Source: Spizellomyces punctatus DAOM BR117
Lineage: Eukaryota
Reading direction: 5' to 3' (one strand)
Assembly (NCBI GenBank): GCA_000182565.2
Contig: KQ257450.1
Length of the DNA stretch: 64,000 bases
The notes under the pieces are model-generated. The model saw only the letters and a program-made list of their open reading frames with translations, had not been told where the DNA came from and made no database searches. Position 1 is the first letter of the stretch. Every line of letters begins with the position of its first letter. The position numbers and the translations under genes were made by a program. Of this stretch, positions 49,001 through 63,390 are shown in pieces.

Positions 49001-49193
49001 GCGGCTAGAAGGACATCCCGAAAGAATAACGAAAATCAAGGTATCTATATACTAGCGATTGCCCTACTACAAATTCAGACTAATAATATTTCCAATAGGT
49101 CGTGATTTTTTTACATGCACAAAGGCAGGGGCGAAGTGCAGGTTTTTTGCCTGGGCAGATGAGTGGAGTGCAAACAATACCAACGGCAGATAA
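46012..49193 (+). CDS. TOP3: DNA topoisomerase III (type IA) with RG-rich linker and C-terminal GRF zinc finger, many exons
   Basis: MK|VLCVAEKPSIAK, IWTDCDREGENIG, SYGSCQFPTLGFVV, ISYPRTETD, DQAHPPIHP, GIGTDATIHEHI, CDC..NQGRDFFTC..CRFFAWAD. Confidence 0.95.
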
Positions 49194-49408
49194 CATCTGC
49201 TCTCTCATGCACATAGATAGACTCGTAAATAGAACCATTGTATATAGATATTTAAATACTCCTTTCACGCAGATACACATTTAACCTTCGCATTCAATGC
49301 GGCAACTTTTGTTTGTACTGTGATGTGGAAGCCACAGCTAAGCCATCCATCTTGTAAGATCCGCTGCCCACAAAGCACCCTTGCGATATACCACAGACAA
49401 GTTGCCCA

Positions 49409-50850
49409 ATGCCCATGACAAGAGCGACACGCAACCTTTCTAGGGTACACTTTGGGGTTTTCAAGCGGTTCAGTGCAGCTTCATCCTGGAATACGCTGAC
49501 ATCCACGCACCTCCCGCCTTGTCGACATCAATCTTCGTCACCTTCGCACGATCATCAACAAGATGTAACTCCTTACGAGTTTCGAGGTGTTATGCGAAAG
49601 GTTCCTTCACAAGGTATGAGTGCTGAATAGCTTGAAACATGCATGTCAATCGTTTGCACATTTAATGACTTTGGTAGGCGCTCATAGTCGTTGTTGTAAC
49701 ACTCAACGCTCCTGATACGCAAACAAAGCACCTTGGAACTACCTGCAGCTCATTCACATCAGTTTCCCTGTATCCCCCGACCATCTCCTTTTGCATTCGG
49801 TCACCGTCTCGCACATCCACCATTCTCCAAGACCGCCTTACAGCCCATTTTGCTGTCCACATTCTTTCCAAACACCAAACTCAACATTCGCTCGCGTATT
49901 CGTCCCCTAAAACTCAACACCTGTTTAATTCCTTCCCTCACCACATTGATGCATCGACCAAACTTCCTATTTTACATAATTGCTTGGGTGTTTTGATATG
50001 TCAGCCCATCAAGAGTGTTCGCGTTGGTGACCATGAGACTTGGTTTGGGCAGGTCAAGAGGATCGTCCATGGAGTTGGGAGTGTCAGCGGTGAAACACAG
50101 ATGGAGCCACTTGTCTACTATGAGAGTTCTTATAGGAGTATTGGGGATGAGGTATTTATGGAGCAGGTTGAAAAGGGTGCTTTATCATTTGAAGAATGGA
50201 CACATCGGGCCCATTTGAGGTACGTGGCAATTTGGATCCGGTGCTACTATGTGATATCAGTATAACTCCTTGGGAACAGAATGGCATGGATATATCTCCG
50301 AGAAGCTGGATCAAAGGAAGCCGCCTACCCGTATATAAAGTATGCGATACGCCAAATGAAGGAGTGAATGAATATCTCTGATATATCCCTGCGTCTCATT
50401 CCCAAACGCAGAAAAGCAATCTTAACTCACAATGCAACCAACGCCCACCTAATCAGACACCCATACAACGAAACGATCACAAGATTCTATCTCCATTTGA
50501 TTGATCTGGCTGTACGAAATGATATCCAGTCGGGCAACACAAAGTCGAACGAACCTTGCGATCCAATTCCTGATTTTCTAGAGTTTTTATCAAAGCATCC
50601 CTTTTTGGAGGATCGATCTATCATTGGGAGATATTACAGTCCTGCAGCATTGATGAGTGATCAAGCAAAGATGACGTAATGTTCTTTCTTATGTTCTGCT
50701 TTCTTTGGATATGGAAAGCTGACTATTGTGTTATCAATCAGTTGGTTGGAGCCTGATCGAAATCCGCTGCCAAATTCATTAGAGGAGCTAGACAAACGAG
50801 AATTGGGTTTGGAAGATGCGACTCCTGGCATGTGCAGTTCCTTGGGGTGA
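49409..50850 (+). CDS. Flavin-reductase-like protein fused to an uncharacterised C-terminal domain, multi-exon, probable mitochondrial presequence
   Basis: FRGVMRKVP, TCSSFTSVSLYPP, VGDHETWFGQV, PLVYYESSY, then FEEWTHRAHLR|MAWIYL..YNETITRFY..YYS..WLEPD. Confidence 0.75.
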
Positions 50851-50921
50851 CTCGAGAAGATCAGCTTGAAGGTAAATACATCGGATAGTATTAAATCAAT
50901 ACATTTTAGGTAGACGTAGTT

Positions 50922-51686
50922 TTAGTTGGGCCTGCATTCTGGGTTGGGTATCTCCGCTTCAACTGGCGTATCGCCTCCCTTGACTCTTCGCACAGCGACT
51001 TGGTCATTGGAAAGCACATCATTTAATATACCTTTCTCACACATCGTCAACAATTCCCATGCAATTTTAATCCTCCTCGGAACAAAAAATCTTGTCATCG
51101 TATCTTGTTTGATCGCATCCTCTCTCTTTAACCCGACTAACAACCAAGGTCGAAATTCAACGTCAGGAGATGTATGGCGGAATTGGTTCAGCTCGTAGGT
51201 GAACTCCCAGAGTCCTTCAACTCCCACGTCGAAAATGGCTCGCGATGACGAAAGAGATATAGCAGGATATCCTAACGGCAGGTCAACGGTGTACTCCCGA
51301 GCACGTTCTCCTCGCCCGGTGCACGATATGGTTACACCTTGCACACGATAAAATGTATCGCTAGCCCATATCTGATAATGATTTGGTCCAAGAATCTTGG
51401 CTGCTGCGGGTTCAAAGAGAAATGATCCAACTCTTGCGGTGTCATTTGCATCAGTTGAGGAGCCACCGTGCGAGCCTGGAGACATCAACACCATCTGTAC
51501 TGGTAATGGTTTTGAACGACCACAGTCAATGAGCACCGTAGCAGTAACTGAGTGAAGGTAGACTGCAATTTGAGGTCGGACAAGTGTTCTCAGTGTCCGC
51601 GACACATTGTGCATAGCGAGGAGGGAAGGAAACGTGAGGTAGGGTATGATGTGGGCCTTCAGCTCTGTAGGCAGTGCATCCCACAT
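50922..51686 (-). CDS. F-box domain protein (intronless, 254 aa)
   Basis: N-terminal WDALPTELKAHIIPYLTFPSLLAMHNVSRTLR F-box pattern. Confidence 0.75.
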   Translation of the reverse strand: MWDALPTELKAHIIPYLTFPSLLAMHNVSRTLRTLVRPQIAVYLHSVTATVLIDCGRSKPLPVQMVLMSPGSHGGSSTDANDTARVGSFLFEPAAAKILGPNHYQIWASDTFYRVQGVTISCTGRGERAREYTVDLPLGYPAISLSSSRAIFDVGVEGLWEFTYELNQFRHTSPDVEFRPWLLVGLKREDAIKQDTMTRFFVPRRIKIAWELLTMCEKGILNDVLSNDQVAVRRVKGGDTPVEAEIPNPECRPN

Positions 51687-51973
51687 GTTGCCAAGCGCGA
51701 ATACGCATTAACCAAGGACTCTAACCAAAGCTTTACACACCGCTACATCCAATATATATGAGTTTGACACTGTTGTGTTTTGTTTAGACTCTGACATGGG
51801 TTTCCCATGGCATATTTGTGGAAACCCGTCCGTATTTGCTAATCATTTGGGGATAACGCCTCAAAATCCCAGAATAGAGCCTGCAATCGGTCTCTCTGCA
51901 ACATCTAACCCAGCACTTACAATTATATTTACAACAGGGTGCGAAAAAATAAGTATCGCATGAAATACATCGT

Positions 51974-52497
51974 TTAGGATCGAGTTGGAGGGGATACGAG
52001 TATTACGCTGTCGCCGCGCACGAAGAGCATTTCGTGTTGTTTCTTTACCGTCTGGATACAGCAACATGAATTGTCGCAATCGAAACAGCCCAAACTTGTT
52101 GTGCATTCACTTACTTGAACGATTTCTTCATATGTTTGTTCATTTACATCCACCACTGTAATGATTTCTTCCACGTCCCCAAGTACCATGTTCATATGCT
52201 GATCGTACGCCTGTAGCGAAAAGGACCGGGTGAGAAACGGACAAACCCATTAAAAGCTCATAGATATGTCTTAGTTACATGCAATCGGCCACTTAATTCC
52301 CGGTCACCCCGCATTTTGACGTACACACGTTCGTCGAGGGAAAGCCGGACCAAGTCTAGTGGCTAATTGAACACATATTTTCAGTTAATATACATTCTTT
52401 GCCGTCCTAACTTCTCCGGTACATTATCCAGCACACAACTTACTTCGGTTGTCTCGCGTGCTTCTGGGGGTATTGCAGCGGTGCCTACTTCTGCCAT
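51974..52497 (-). CDS. LSM3: U6 snRNA-associated Sm-like protein Lsm3, multi-exon
   Basis: [56 protein letters not shown]. Confidence 0.95.
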
Positions 52498-52734
52498 CTT
52501 GCTTTTACAATTTGGGACTTGGGTTGGCTTGCAAAGGAGAACGTCAGTTCAGATCTGGACGACCGTGCGGCACAATCACGCAAGTGTTGTCTAGGAAACA
52601 TATCACGTGAGCCTATCGGACAACCGGACACTCCGGACATCTTCAGACTTCTTTTACTCGCAGCACTTCCGTCCAAACCCTCCGCACTCATCGTACAGCA
52701 CCTTCCCCAACTATCTATCGCTACCTTTGCCACA

Positions 52735-53764
<1,030 letters not shown>

Positions 53765-53883
53765 GGAGATTTCTGAACAGGAAGGCAAACTGGATCTATT
53801 GGGTATCGGAATGGGTTGGGCGTGGTAGTTTATGTAATTTGTAATTACAAGATTTTTCGAGAATGGTTTGAGAATTGACGTTG

Positions 53884-56812
53884 CTAGATTCTATGTTTGC
53901 ATTTTGTTTCTGCGTCTGTTATTTCCGAAAAAATCATGCGAATCTCCTGAAAGACCGCCGAAAAGGTCGGTCGATGACGCGACCGAGAAGGTAATGTCGG
54001 ATACTACCAACAGGTCAGCCGTACCCCGAAAGCCAGCATCAACAACATGAGACGAATCTTACTTGAAGGCGCGGTATGCTTTGGATATTTCTGCCCGTAA
54101 ACAAAGAATCGATAATACCTGAGAGCAGGTAATGGGTTCGCAGTCTGCAGGCAAAGAGAAGGTCAAATTCTAGTGACAATTAGGTCTACACCGCCGCTAG
54201 TAATATCATACCTGCTCCAAAGATATCTATATTGGTAGAAGATGGAATCGAGTCCCAATGGGACGCTCTGTAATAGGAGCGTCATCCTGATATCACTCAA
54301 CCTGCCGTCGATCAGAACTGTTCCTCCTCACCTTCATGGCCATGTACACACTTTTTGGCGAAGCGGCCACTTTCCTGCTCACTGCTTGTGATTGAAATAC
54401 CAGTCTTTTCCACCAAGCCTTTTTGCATATATAACTGGGCGAGCATACTTCAAACGTGATACCAGCTACAGCTCCACGTCAATATTCATGCAGACGTTGT
54501 TGACGCTTTAAAAACAAACCTGGTAACCGCTTCGGATCCTTGAATCTTAGCATGATGGCAAATAAGGGGAAATGGTTTACCATCGCCAACATGATTTCGA
54601 AAACAGCTTGCATTAGCACGATTGTCAGCCGGACCTAATAGAAAAAGGTTGCATTCTCAAACAAAGAGGCCATATCGACGCAGGAGTGTCCACACGTACC
54701 AGCGAGAAAAGGATGTAATAAACCGCCACAGTTGGAAAAAGGAAGATGAGAAGGGTGAAAACAATGGTTCCTAGTAATAACTGGTCGAGACCATATTCCG
54801 CTGTGTCTATGCGGTTACGCAAAACGTTCTTCTTTTTGCCTAGATTAAACAAATAATGCTGAATAAGTCCCTCCGGCCTTTCTTGCGGGTATTCTGTTGG
54901 CAACCATATTCACCTACCACGAAAGAGAATGAATAGCGATAAGATGCCTTTCACTTGCCAGTAGTAGATCTTTGAGGCAACAATATAGCACAGATGTAAA
55001 TGCAAGGTGACAAGGGACAGAAGATCAGAGAGTAAAGATATTGGCATCGCTACGCCGAGGACTCCACACATTCCGATCACGTAGATGATCTCTGGAAGGA
55101 ATTGACGTAGTATGAAAATCCAGTCTAAGAAACAGCGGTGGCATTTTAGCAATCTCTGAGGAGAAGTATCAAAAGAAGTATGTGTGTACCGCTCCACAAC
55201 ACCATGAGCTCCAGAAACATTTCGCCCAAGAAGGAAGTGAGTTCACTGTTCAGCTTTAACCCGGCAGGTGCCCCCATCAGCCAGGAGATCATACTACGTG
55301 TAGTTCCGAGTGTGTACATCTTTGCGCATCTATCGTCAGTACTGCATAGCAGTTGGAAGGGAATCTTGCATAACTAACCGATATACCAGAGTCTATCAGT
55401 TGGGCAATGGCCTTCGAGTTTTCCATCAGGAAGGTCCCAAAAGCGACGCCAACAATAATGTCATTTGCAACGAGCCAGACAGTGTTGTAGAAACTAGCAT
55501 TTGTTCGTTATATGCTGGTACATGACCTGCAGTTAAGAGTGTTGAGGGCAACTCACCCAATATATCGCGCTTGAGCAAGTCTCGAAAGTTTTTGTGGAGA
55601 ACGTCGCCAATTTATATATTGCAACGGCCAGTAACACGCTTGCTGTAGTCGGAGATCCACCTGTTGTGCTTTAGCTCGACGATGAATATTGGATTGCGCT
55701 CCGCTCAGTACTCGGTGGGACTATGCCTCTAGATACCTGCAGCAGATAAGTCTTTCAGCGCAGTGCCTTGAAACAGCCACGCAGGAAACCTCGCATTAAG
55801 CATCCAGATAAGTAGGAATGCCGTAGCTCGTAGAATTGTGGTCACGAGTAAGATGAATCGTCCGATATACTGAGCAAATGGCGCGCGGAAAATTCGTGTA
55901 CCAGCAGCCCAAATAATTGACGCACGAGAAGGGTTGGCATGTAGGAGTCGGCTGAGTGCTCTCTCGAGGGAAAAACACAGATTGACCTGAATTCAAGAAG
56001 CTGGTCATTACTCTTACTCCGGACTAGCCCACATCTGTGTACGCGATCATATTCGATGATGCAAACCTGGTGCAGCAAGATCTCTAAACACTCCACACGT
56101 CCACTCGACCTTTCCTCCACAAAGAGTGACTGTATCTGCTGCGACAACTTACGACCGGTCCGCGGTATTACTGACGGTGGTGCCGTGTTTATTTCCACTT
56201 CCGTCTTGACAGATGTAAGCTCGTCTCGGACGGTGGTGAGATCCAGAATCAATGGATGGAGGGAATAATATTGCAATGCTCTGGCATTGGGACGGGCGAA
56301 GTATATTATGTGGACAGTGGTGTCCTTTAAACATTCACGGTCTTGATAGCAGTAGCTTGAGAATGTGGACGGGTCAACACTAGGCATCCAGAAAGCGCCA
56401 GAGATACGAGATGAGGGTACCTGGGGAAGGGTATTCCGTCACTATTCATTCTTACGATAACCAGGACATGCCCTAATAATGAATGATCGAAATCTACGCA
56501 TCCGTTGGTCAATGGTGATATATTCTGGCCACCCAATTTGCGGGCCAAGTTCTTACTTGACAGCAGATTTTCTACATCCTCACGTCTCACATCTATGCCC
56601 CATCCACATAGTCCAATCAACTTGGGTGGTATTTCCCTGCTGGCTTGTTTTGCAATATAGCTCTTCAAAGTTTCTTTCAGAGTTGGTGGGAATACTGTTG
56701 AGACACAGAGGGAAGACGAGCCGGTTGACCACCCCACCAAGTATCCGATTCCCTTTGGGGTGATATGTGCGCACTTTTGAAGATCGTCAGGCCAGAATAG
56801 CTTGACGAGCAT
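53884..56812 (-). CDS. GPI1: GPI-GlcNAc transferase subunit Gpi1/PIG-Q, many exons
   Basis: KLFWP, GYLVGW, WLMGAPAGLKLNSEL, LFRG|KKKNVLRNRID..LDQLLLGTIVFTLLIFLFPT. Confidence 0.9.
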
Positions 56813-57264
56813 GCTTGTTTTGGTACGCTTCACGCGAGAATCACGACCATGTGCTCCGCCCTTTTGGGACTTGCTTCAACTTTTGCTTCGCGGGACTTGG
56901 GTAGGAATTTGGTTCCTGGGGAGCCACGCATGTATATCAGCTCATCACGCTGTAAGTGAGAGCGATGTGTTTTGCTACCTTCCCTTCTGCTTCTCGTGCC
57001 GCAATTCTATCCAACCACAAAACGATTGCAACAAAAATAATAAACCACCAAGTGATGCTCAGCAGTGATGAATTGTCGTACATTTGTCAAAACGAGTATT
57101 TAAGTATTATTGATGAATAGTCTAGATGCAGATTGTGAATGCCATCCTTGCTGACAGCGATCTACAAAGTTCAAAGGCTTGTCTCGCAACGCGTCCAAAC
57201 TCCACCTGGCCCCACCAAGCCTTTCAACCAGGAATGCTACGAGTCTATAGGCCACCATTGCAGG

Positions 57265-57972
57265 TCAGCCAGTATTCATAAGATGATGGTATTTGGGTAA
57301 CACCTTGTTATATATAAAGTCAATACCAAATATGATATCCTTGGCCACAAAGCAAACACAGTTACCTCCCGCAAATACTCCAAATGTCTTGAATGCAAGT
57401 TGGCCTGCAACCTATTTGATTTGGTTTGAGTTCTGGCCGTATGACTTTCTCCAAATATCACAGTATCATTCGGTACGATCTGGTTTGGCCGTGTATGGCA
57501 TTTTGCACCGATCACAGAGTTATCGCCTAATGTTGTTCCGACGGATACGTATGCTCGCGCTTCGATTGTGCAGCCGCTTCCGACAGATGAGCCTTCGAAT
57601 GCTGGTTATCGTTCAGGATGCTGCACATCATGATGAATATATTGAAAGTTCAAAGCAGAGTTGACATACTGCATCCAATTTGAAATACGTTCTCGTCACC
57701 AATCACCATCTTTTGTCTTCCCCTGTGCAATGAACGGATCCCAATTCAGTATCTCCTCATGGCCTCAAACCGGACATTGGGCAACAGTAGGACCTGTTGA
57801 CTATGATAGCACTCTCCTCAACAATGTTTCCCCGGCCAAATACAATTTCTCCTCCTCCTTCGCTTCTTATCACACATTTAGGATGAATAACATTGTCTGG
57901 ACCGAACGTTATGGGACCCTCTAGAATGGCATCTTCACAAATGACGGTGCTAGCTGGCGACGAGATGGACAT
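57265..57972 (-). CDS. DCTN6: Dynactin subunit 6 (p27), multi-exon
   Basis: VICEDAILEGPITFGPDNVIHPKC..GEIVFGRGNIVEE, HSRHLEYLRE|VLPKYHHL. Confidence 0.88.
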
Positions 57973-58109
57973 GAGGAATCATGAAGGTGTGGGTTGAACG
58001 AATCAGAAAGTCAAAGAGGCGAGGCGGTTGAACGACGCGTCCTGATCGCGTCTCATAAACTGAGTTTCCTCGTTCTCCACCTGCCAACGTCCAAACGAGT
58101 CCTAGGGCA

Positions 58110-58769
58110 ATGGCTTCCAACTCTTACTTTGTCATAATTGGAACACGAGACAACCCACTGTACGAAGCCGAATGGGGTCCACAAGCGCGGGGTGAAGGTG
58201 GAAAGAAAGAGGAGCATAAGCATTTGAATCAGTTCATTGTCCATGCGGCACTGGATGTTGTGGACGACTTGATGTGGGGAACGAACTCCATGTGAGTCTT
58301 TACAGGACCACTGACGATGAACTTTACCGTGGTGTTGTGGAGAGTACTGTTTGCTAATGTGAACCCTGCCCATGAATAGGTACCTTAAAGTGGTAGACAA
58401 GTTCAACGAATGGTACATTTCGGCGTATATAACAGCGAGTGGTGCGTACGGCGCATGTTGTCCAACTTCTCCGATGGCCGGTTATATGGATAAAACGTAT
58501 TCGGTTCCTTGTACTTGGTCATGATGGCAGGTGTCCGTTTCATGCTCTTACACGATGCAGCAAACACGGACGGAATACGCAATTTCTTTCAAGATACCCA
58601 CGAACTTTACATCAAGGTATACGATTGGTCTAATCTGTTGCGTAAAGTAGAGGAGCTGAACTGATCTCCTACCTAGACACTCTTAAATCCCTTTACCGAA
58701 ATTAACGCACCAATAACATCGGCATCGTTCGATACAAAAGTCCGAGCTTTGGCGCGGAAATGGCTGTAA
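58110..58769 (+). CDS. TRS20: TRAPP complex subunit 2 (sedlin/Trs20), multi-exon
   Basis: YFVIIGTRDNPLYEAEW, HLNQFIVHAALDVVD, YLKVVDKFNEW, LLNPF. Confidence 0.95.
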
Positions 58770-58820
58770 ATATCATACCCATTACTTTAATATCCATATC
58801 AAAGCTGCAAAGGTTGTTTT

Positions 58821-60441
58821 TCATAACTGTATTGTAAACATGCCACCTCGTCCATCCCTCATTGTTCCTTCCTGCGCCTTCAACCCAACTCTATGCAAAT
58901 AATCCCGTATCGCTGGTAATACTTTAGCCTTCTGTCCACGACTGTGATGGCCTGTTCCCGTCACCGCTACTACATGTCCTCTGAAATGCTCTCTTCGCAG
59001 CTTTCCAATCGTAACTTCAAGCATCTCCACAGCTTCTGTTGGATGGAGACCGTGTAAGTCGATCATATGGCCTGTAGTATCTGAATTTGTCCCCGCTTTG
59101 TTACGCTCTTCAAAGATGCGCACACCAGCTTGTCGATGGAGTTCTTGGACGCGTTCGTTGAGACGGTGTGCACCGAGGGAAAAGGCTTTTGCAGCGGCCT
59201 TGTTGCCGGAAAGGTAGGCTTCGGTGGCTCTATAGGAAAAGTGATGAGGATGGCACCATCTGTCAGGTTTAAAACTTCTTTCCATACCTTTGAAACAGTT
59301 TATTTCGTTGTATGGCGGCGTCAATTGCTTCCTGTCTATATCGTGCATACATGGCAGCAAGTGTATCACCCGTTGACACCCACTTTGCTTCCACCAATTT
59401 TGTCGACCTACGATGAGATGTCATAGGATTCTGTGCAGACTGTTTTGCTGCCACAATAGCAGGTTGGACAGCAGGCTTTTTCTTGGCGACGTCCACAAAC
59501 TTTTGGGTCGGTCCCCAAAAATCGATTTTGGGCGCTTTTTTGGAAGCCGACGGTGTCAGCGCGGGAAAATCTTCACCGCCCAATGATTGCCGTGGGCTTC
59601 CGGTCGAAGTTTGAGCAGTCTGAGCAGTCATGGACTCGATCCTTTGCACCAGTTCATTCCCATGTGTAAATAGGCACTGGTCCCCTTTCATACACGTTCC
59701 GCTCAACCAGAATTTGCACACCATTGCCTCCGGGTCATGACTAAACCAACAATCACTTCGCAGACATCGCCCTGCTAGGAAATGTCTGCAAACTTGCTTG
59801 CCGGGCTGGGTAAATGGCTGTACGATCGAATTGCCGGTACCCTCTGATTGTGTCGGTAGTGGGGAGGAAGAAGGAGCGGGCGCTGGTGGTCGAAGAATAG
59901 CTTCAACAGTTTTTTCGACGCTATATCCATTTGCAGCCAGCATATTCTGAATCTCATCAACGGGCAGATCCATGAATACCGATTGGAGGATTTCTTCTGG
60001 AGAAAAAGAATTGTATCCCTCCGACTCTTCATAGTCCAAATATGCAGCATCCCCATCTTCGCCAATATCATCAGTATCACTCGTGTCCAATCGCTGAAAG
60101 CTCACTTCCAACTCGGACCATCCACCGCCCAAGGGAGTAAATTCGGGTGCATCGACTTTGAAAACAGATTTCGTTGCTGCTTTCTTGGGGAGTGAGGTAG
60201 GTGCTGGTGGTTCAAGGGGTATATCATCTTCAATCAAACTATCCACTCCACGCATCTCGAAAGTGTCCAAGACATCCCGCACGAACTTCTCGGCGGGTTT
60301 TGGTCCCAAGATTTCTTCCGAAATTCCCAAAAGTGCTTCGCATTTTTCTACAGCGTCCAAAGGACCCTGAAGAATGTTTTTGACATATGGCTCGTAGGAA
60401 TAGGGAAGCCGGTTCTGAGCCAACAGATTTCGCAGCCACAT
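58821..60441 (-). CDS. CCCH zinc-finger / DUF1771 / Smr-domain protein, one intron
   Basis: PAM2-like FKVDAPEFTP, CUE-like segment, two CCCH fingers, IDLHGLHPTEA and VTGTGHHS (Smr). Confidence 0.85.
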
Positions 60442-60869
60442 TCCCCTCCCGTTCAATGGTTTGAATTACAATGCAGTTTGCCCATTCTCCAGAAACCCCA
60501 GGACAAACGTCAAATCGCGTTCATCACGTGATCTATCCGTTAGTAAGCCTCTGGTAATTCCAGATTAAAAGCACATGCAACAAGAAAAAGCCTTTGGCAC
60601 ACGGCCCTAAACTGCATTGCCTGCGAATCCTAGATGCAAGAAAGACCAGCTTCATTTAGCTCAAGTCGTAGTTGCAACTATTCATTCATCAGATTGGAAC
60701 TGGTTCCTGGTAGGTCAACGAGTATAAACAAACCATATCATACAATTGAACGACGAGGGGCGTAGTTCGCACACTTTTGCACACAAATAATCTCCCCCAA
60801 AACGACAATTACGCGTACACACACATCAACTCGCACTTCTATCCACACCTCGAATGTTTGATACAGTTC

Positions 60870-63086
60870 TACTCTACATTCGACTGCTTCAAGCTAGACC
60901 GACCCGCCCTCATCATTTCATCCACTAGCAAGAAGTTACTTGCAATGACGGCACTAACAACAAGACGCTCTTGGTTAATTATGTTCCTTCAAGGCAAAGG
61001 ATCAAGCTAGAAGCAGATGGAACGCTAATCCTTACCATGAGTGCAGCATGTGACGGTGAACGCGGTAGTTGTCCCAGATACCCTCAGCTACAGGATCCAA
61101 AGTCTCACCAGTTGTAAGATCAATTCCCACAATGTGACCAGCGGCATATTCCTCCTATTGGCAGTACCTAGCGTTAAACCCTGATTGATTATTATCCACA
61201 CACTCATACTCACCTGGAGGGCTACAAGAACATCTTGCACGTCAAATCCTCCATTCTGGGCTAGCACCTTGGGAATAATCAACATTGCATCCGCAAACGC
61301 TTGGACACCCATCTTGGGCCGACCTTTCACGCTGTCCTTGAACTTCATCAAGTGCGCATGCAGCGCAATCTGGAACGCACCAGCGCCAGGAACAAGATGC
61401 TCGTCCTCAATCGCGTTTTTCACGGCACGCAGACCGTCCCGAATAGCGTCATTAATTTGAAGGAGTGTATGGGCGTTGGGACCTGGATGGGAAAAACGGA
61501 AGGTTAAGTGATGAAAATCAAATGCTCATACATCAAAAATAACTAACCAGTCATCAAAATAGTGACTGATCGTGGGTTCTGCACTTCCTCTACAAAGGTG
61601 AACTTTTCCTCTCCCAACACGTGTTCGTACACAAGGCCGGCATGACCCAAGATGTCTGGGGTCAGGTCGTCTACAGAGTTTTGAGCAATACCCCCGCAGC
61701 ACAGTTGAAGCCTAAAGTCCCGTTTGTAAGCAAGGCGCAGTAAACTACTGGGCAAGCAATCGAAAGATGCTACCTTTCCATGTTCCTTCGCTTAGCACGA
61801 CGCAACGCCATAATGCCATTTTTCGCCAATACGTCCAGAGACAAGGGATCGATACCCTTCTGGTTGATGACGATGAAGCCCTTCTTGTTCCCGTCGCATA
61901 CTTGCTTCTTCAGCTCCACAACCTTTGCCAGTTTTTGGTCCACAAATCTCCTCTCGGATTCTACCAACTTCTCTCTTTGTTCAGCGCTACTGTAGAAGAA
62001 CCCAGAATTGATTTCACTAGACAATGACATTGTCACGGGTGAGATCAATAAAATTTCCAGACGTTCGACCATGGAAAAAAATAGACGGTACCTCTTCTCG
62101 TACTCCAGTGACACGTTCAAGGTCAACACAAAGGCGTCCTCAACCCGCTTTGGCATGTCTGGATGCCGTGCACCATGGTCTAATACCAGACCCTTCACTA
62201 ATCTAGTGTCCGTGTCGCTCTTGTGCATCATCTTCATGATCTCAACCATGTGGAGATCAATTGGCTCGCCTTCCTTACGAATGCAGAGTACCGCGTCGAC
62301 AACCGCTTCCATCAAAGCATCAGCCAGTTCTTGGCGAACTTTGGTCCGTAGAGACGTCCGTGCAACGTTCAGCAATGTTTCACGATCAATTTCCTGCTTA
62401 ATCTTAAACTTCTCCAAAAACTGTTGGGAAATACAGCCGTCAAGATCAGGCAAAAATTCCGAATGCTCATTTTGGAGTAGAAGTTACCTCAAGAGCTTCT
62501 TTCTTGGCAATATCAAATCCTTCAGTGATCACACGTGGATGCAATCCCTCAGCGATGAACCTCTCGGCTTGCTTCAAAAGTTCGGCAATAAGCAATACAT
62601 TGGAAGTTGTTCCATCACCGGTAACATCATCTTGCGCCGTAGCGGCCCGAGCAATCATCGCTGCCGTGGGATTCTGGATTTGCTGTTTACGCGGACTTCA
62701 GGTTTAGTGATTTGAGCGATGCACCACGCGATCTCTTGTAACTTACCATTTCCGTGAGGAGCACCTTACCATCCTTGGTGAGCTTAATATCACCCGCACC
62801 ACCCACAAGCCTAACAAAGACACGGTTATTGATCGCGTCGCAAACGTCTGCGCAGACATAGATCACAAGTCCTCACATCTTCTGAGTACCCTTCGGCCCC
62901 AAGTTGCTCCTCAATACATCCTGCAGACCTCCCGCGGCAGTGATGTTAATGCTGAGGGCCTGCCCTTGGCGAGCCACCTCGGCTTTTGGGTTAGCAAGCT
63001 GTATTGCTGATGACGACCTAACATGAACCGCGGTATCAGATGTGATTGCCATTACGTGTCAGCTACCGTGTCGAGCGATCTTACAT
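60870..63086 (-). CDS. CCT6: Chaperonin CCT/TRiC zeta subunit, many exons
   Basis: [56 protein letters not shown]. Confidence 0.97.
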
Positions 63087-63390
63087 GGTGGCTAATAGAG
63101 TTACAGGGGACTGCAAAAGAGAAGAACACCAAGCTAAAATACAAGGAAGGACGATGTGCCAGGGATGGAATTCACGGGGGAATGAGCGAGGTGGTGGTCT
63201 CCCAGTTCTTTCTTGTGCAAGGTTTCGGACACGCCAGACATTGCATTTTCGATTGGACTCCTGGCCTTGGACGCGTTTATTACCATGGCAACCAAATTAC
63301 TAAGCCATCTGGACGACATCTTGTTTCGCTGACAAAACTTGCAACTTATAAAGAGTTTTGAAGCGTCCTAGCAAAGACAACGTTTGAACC

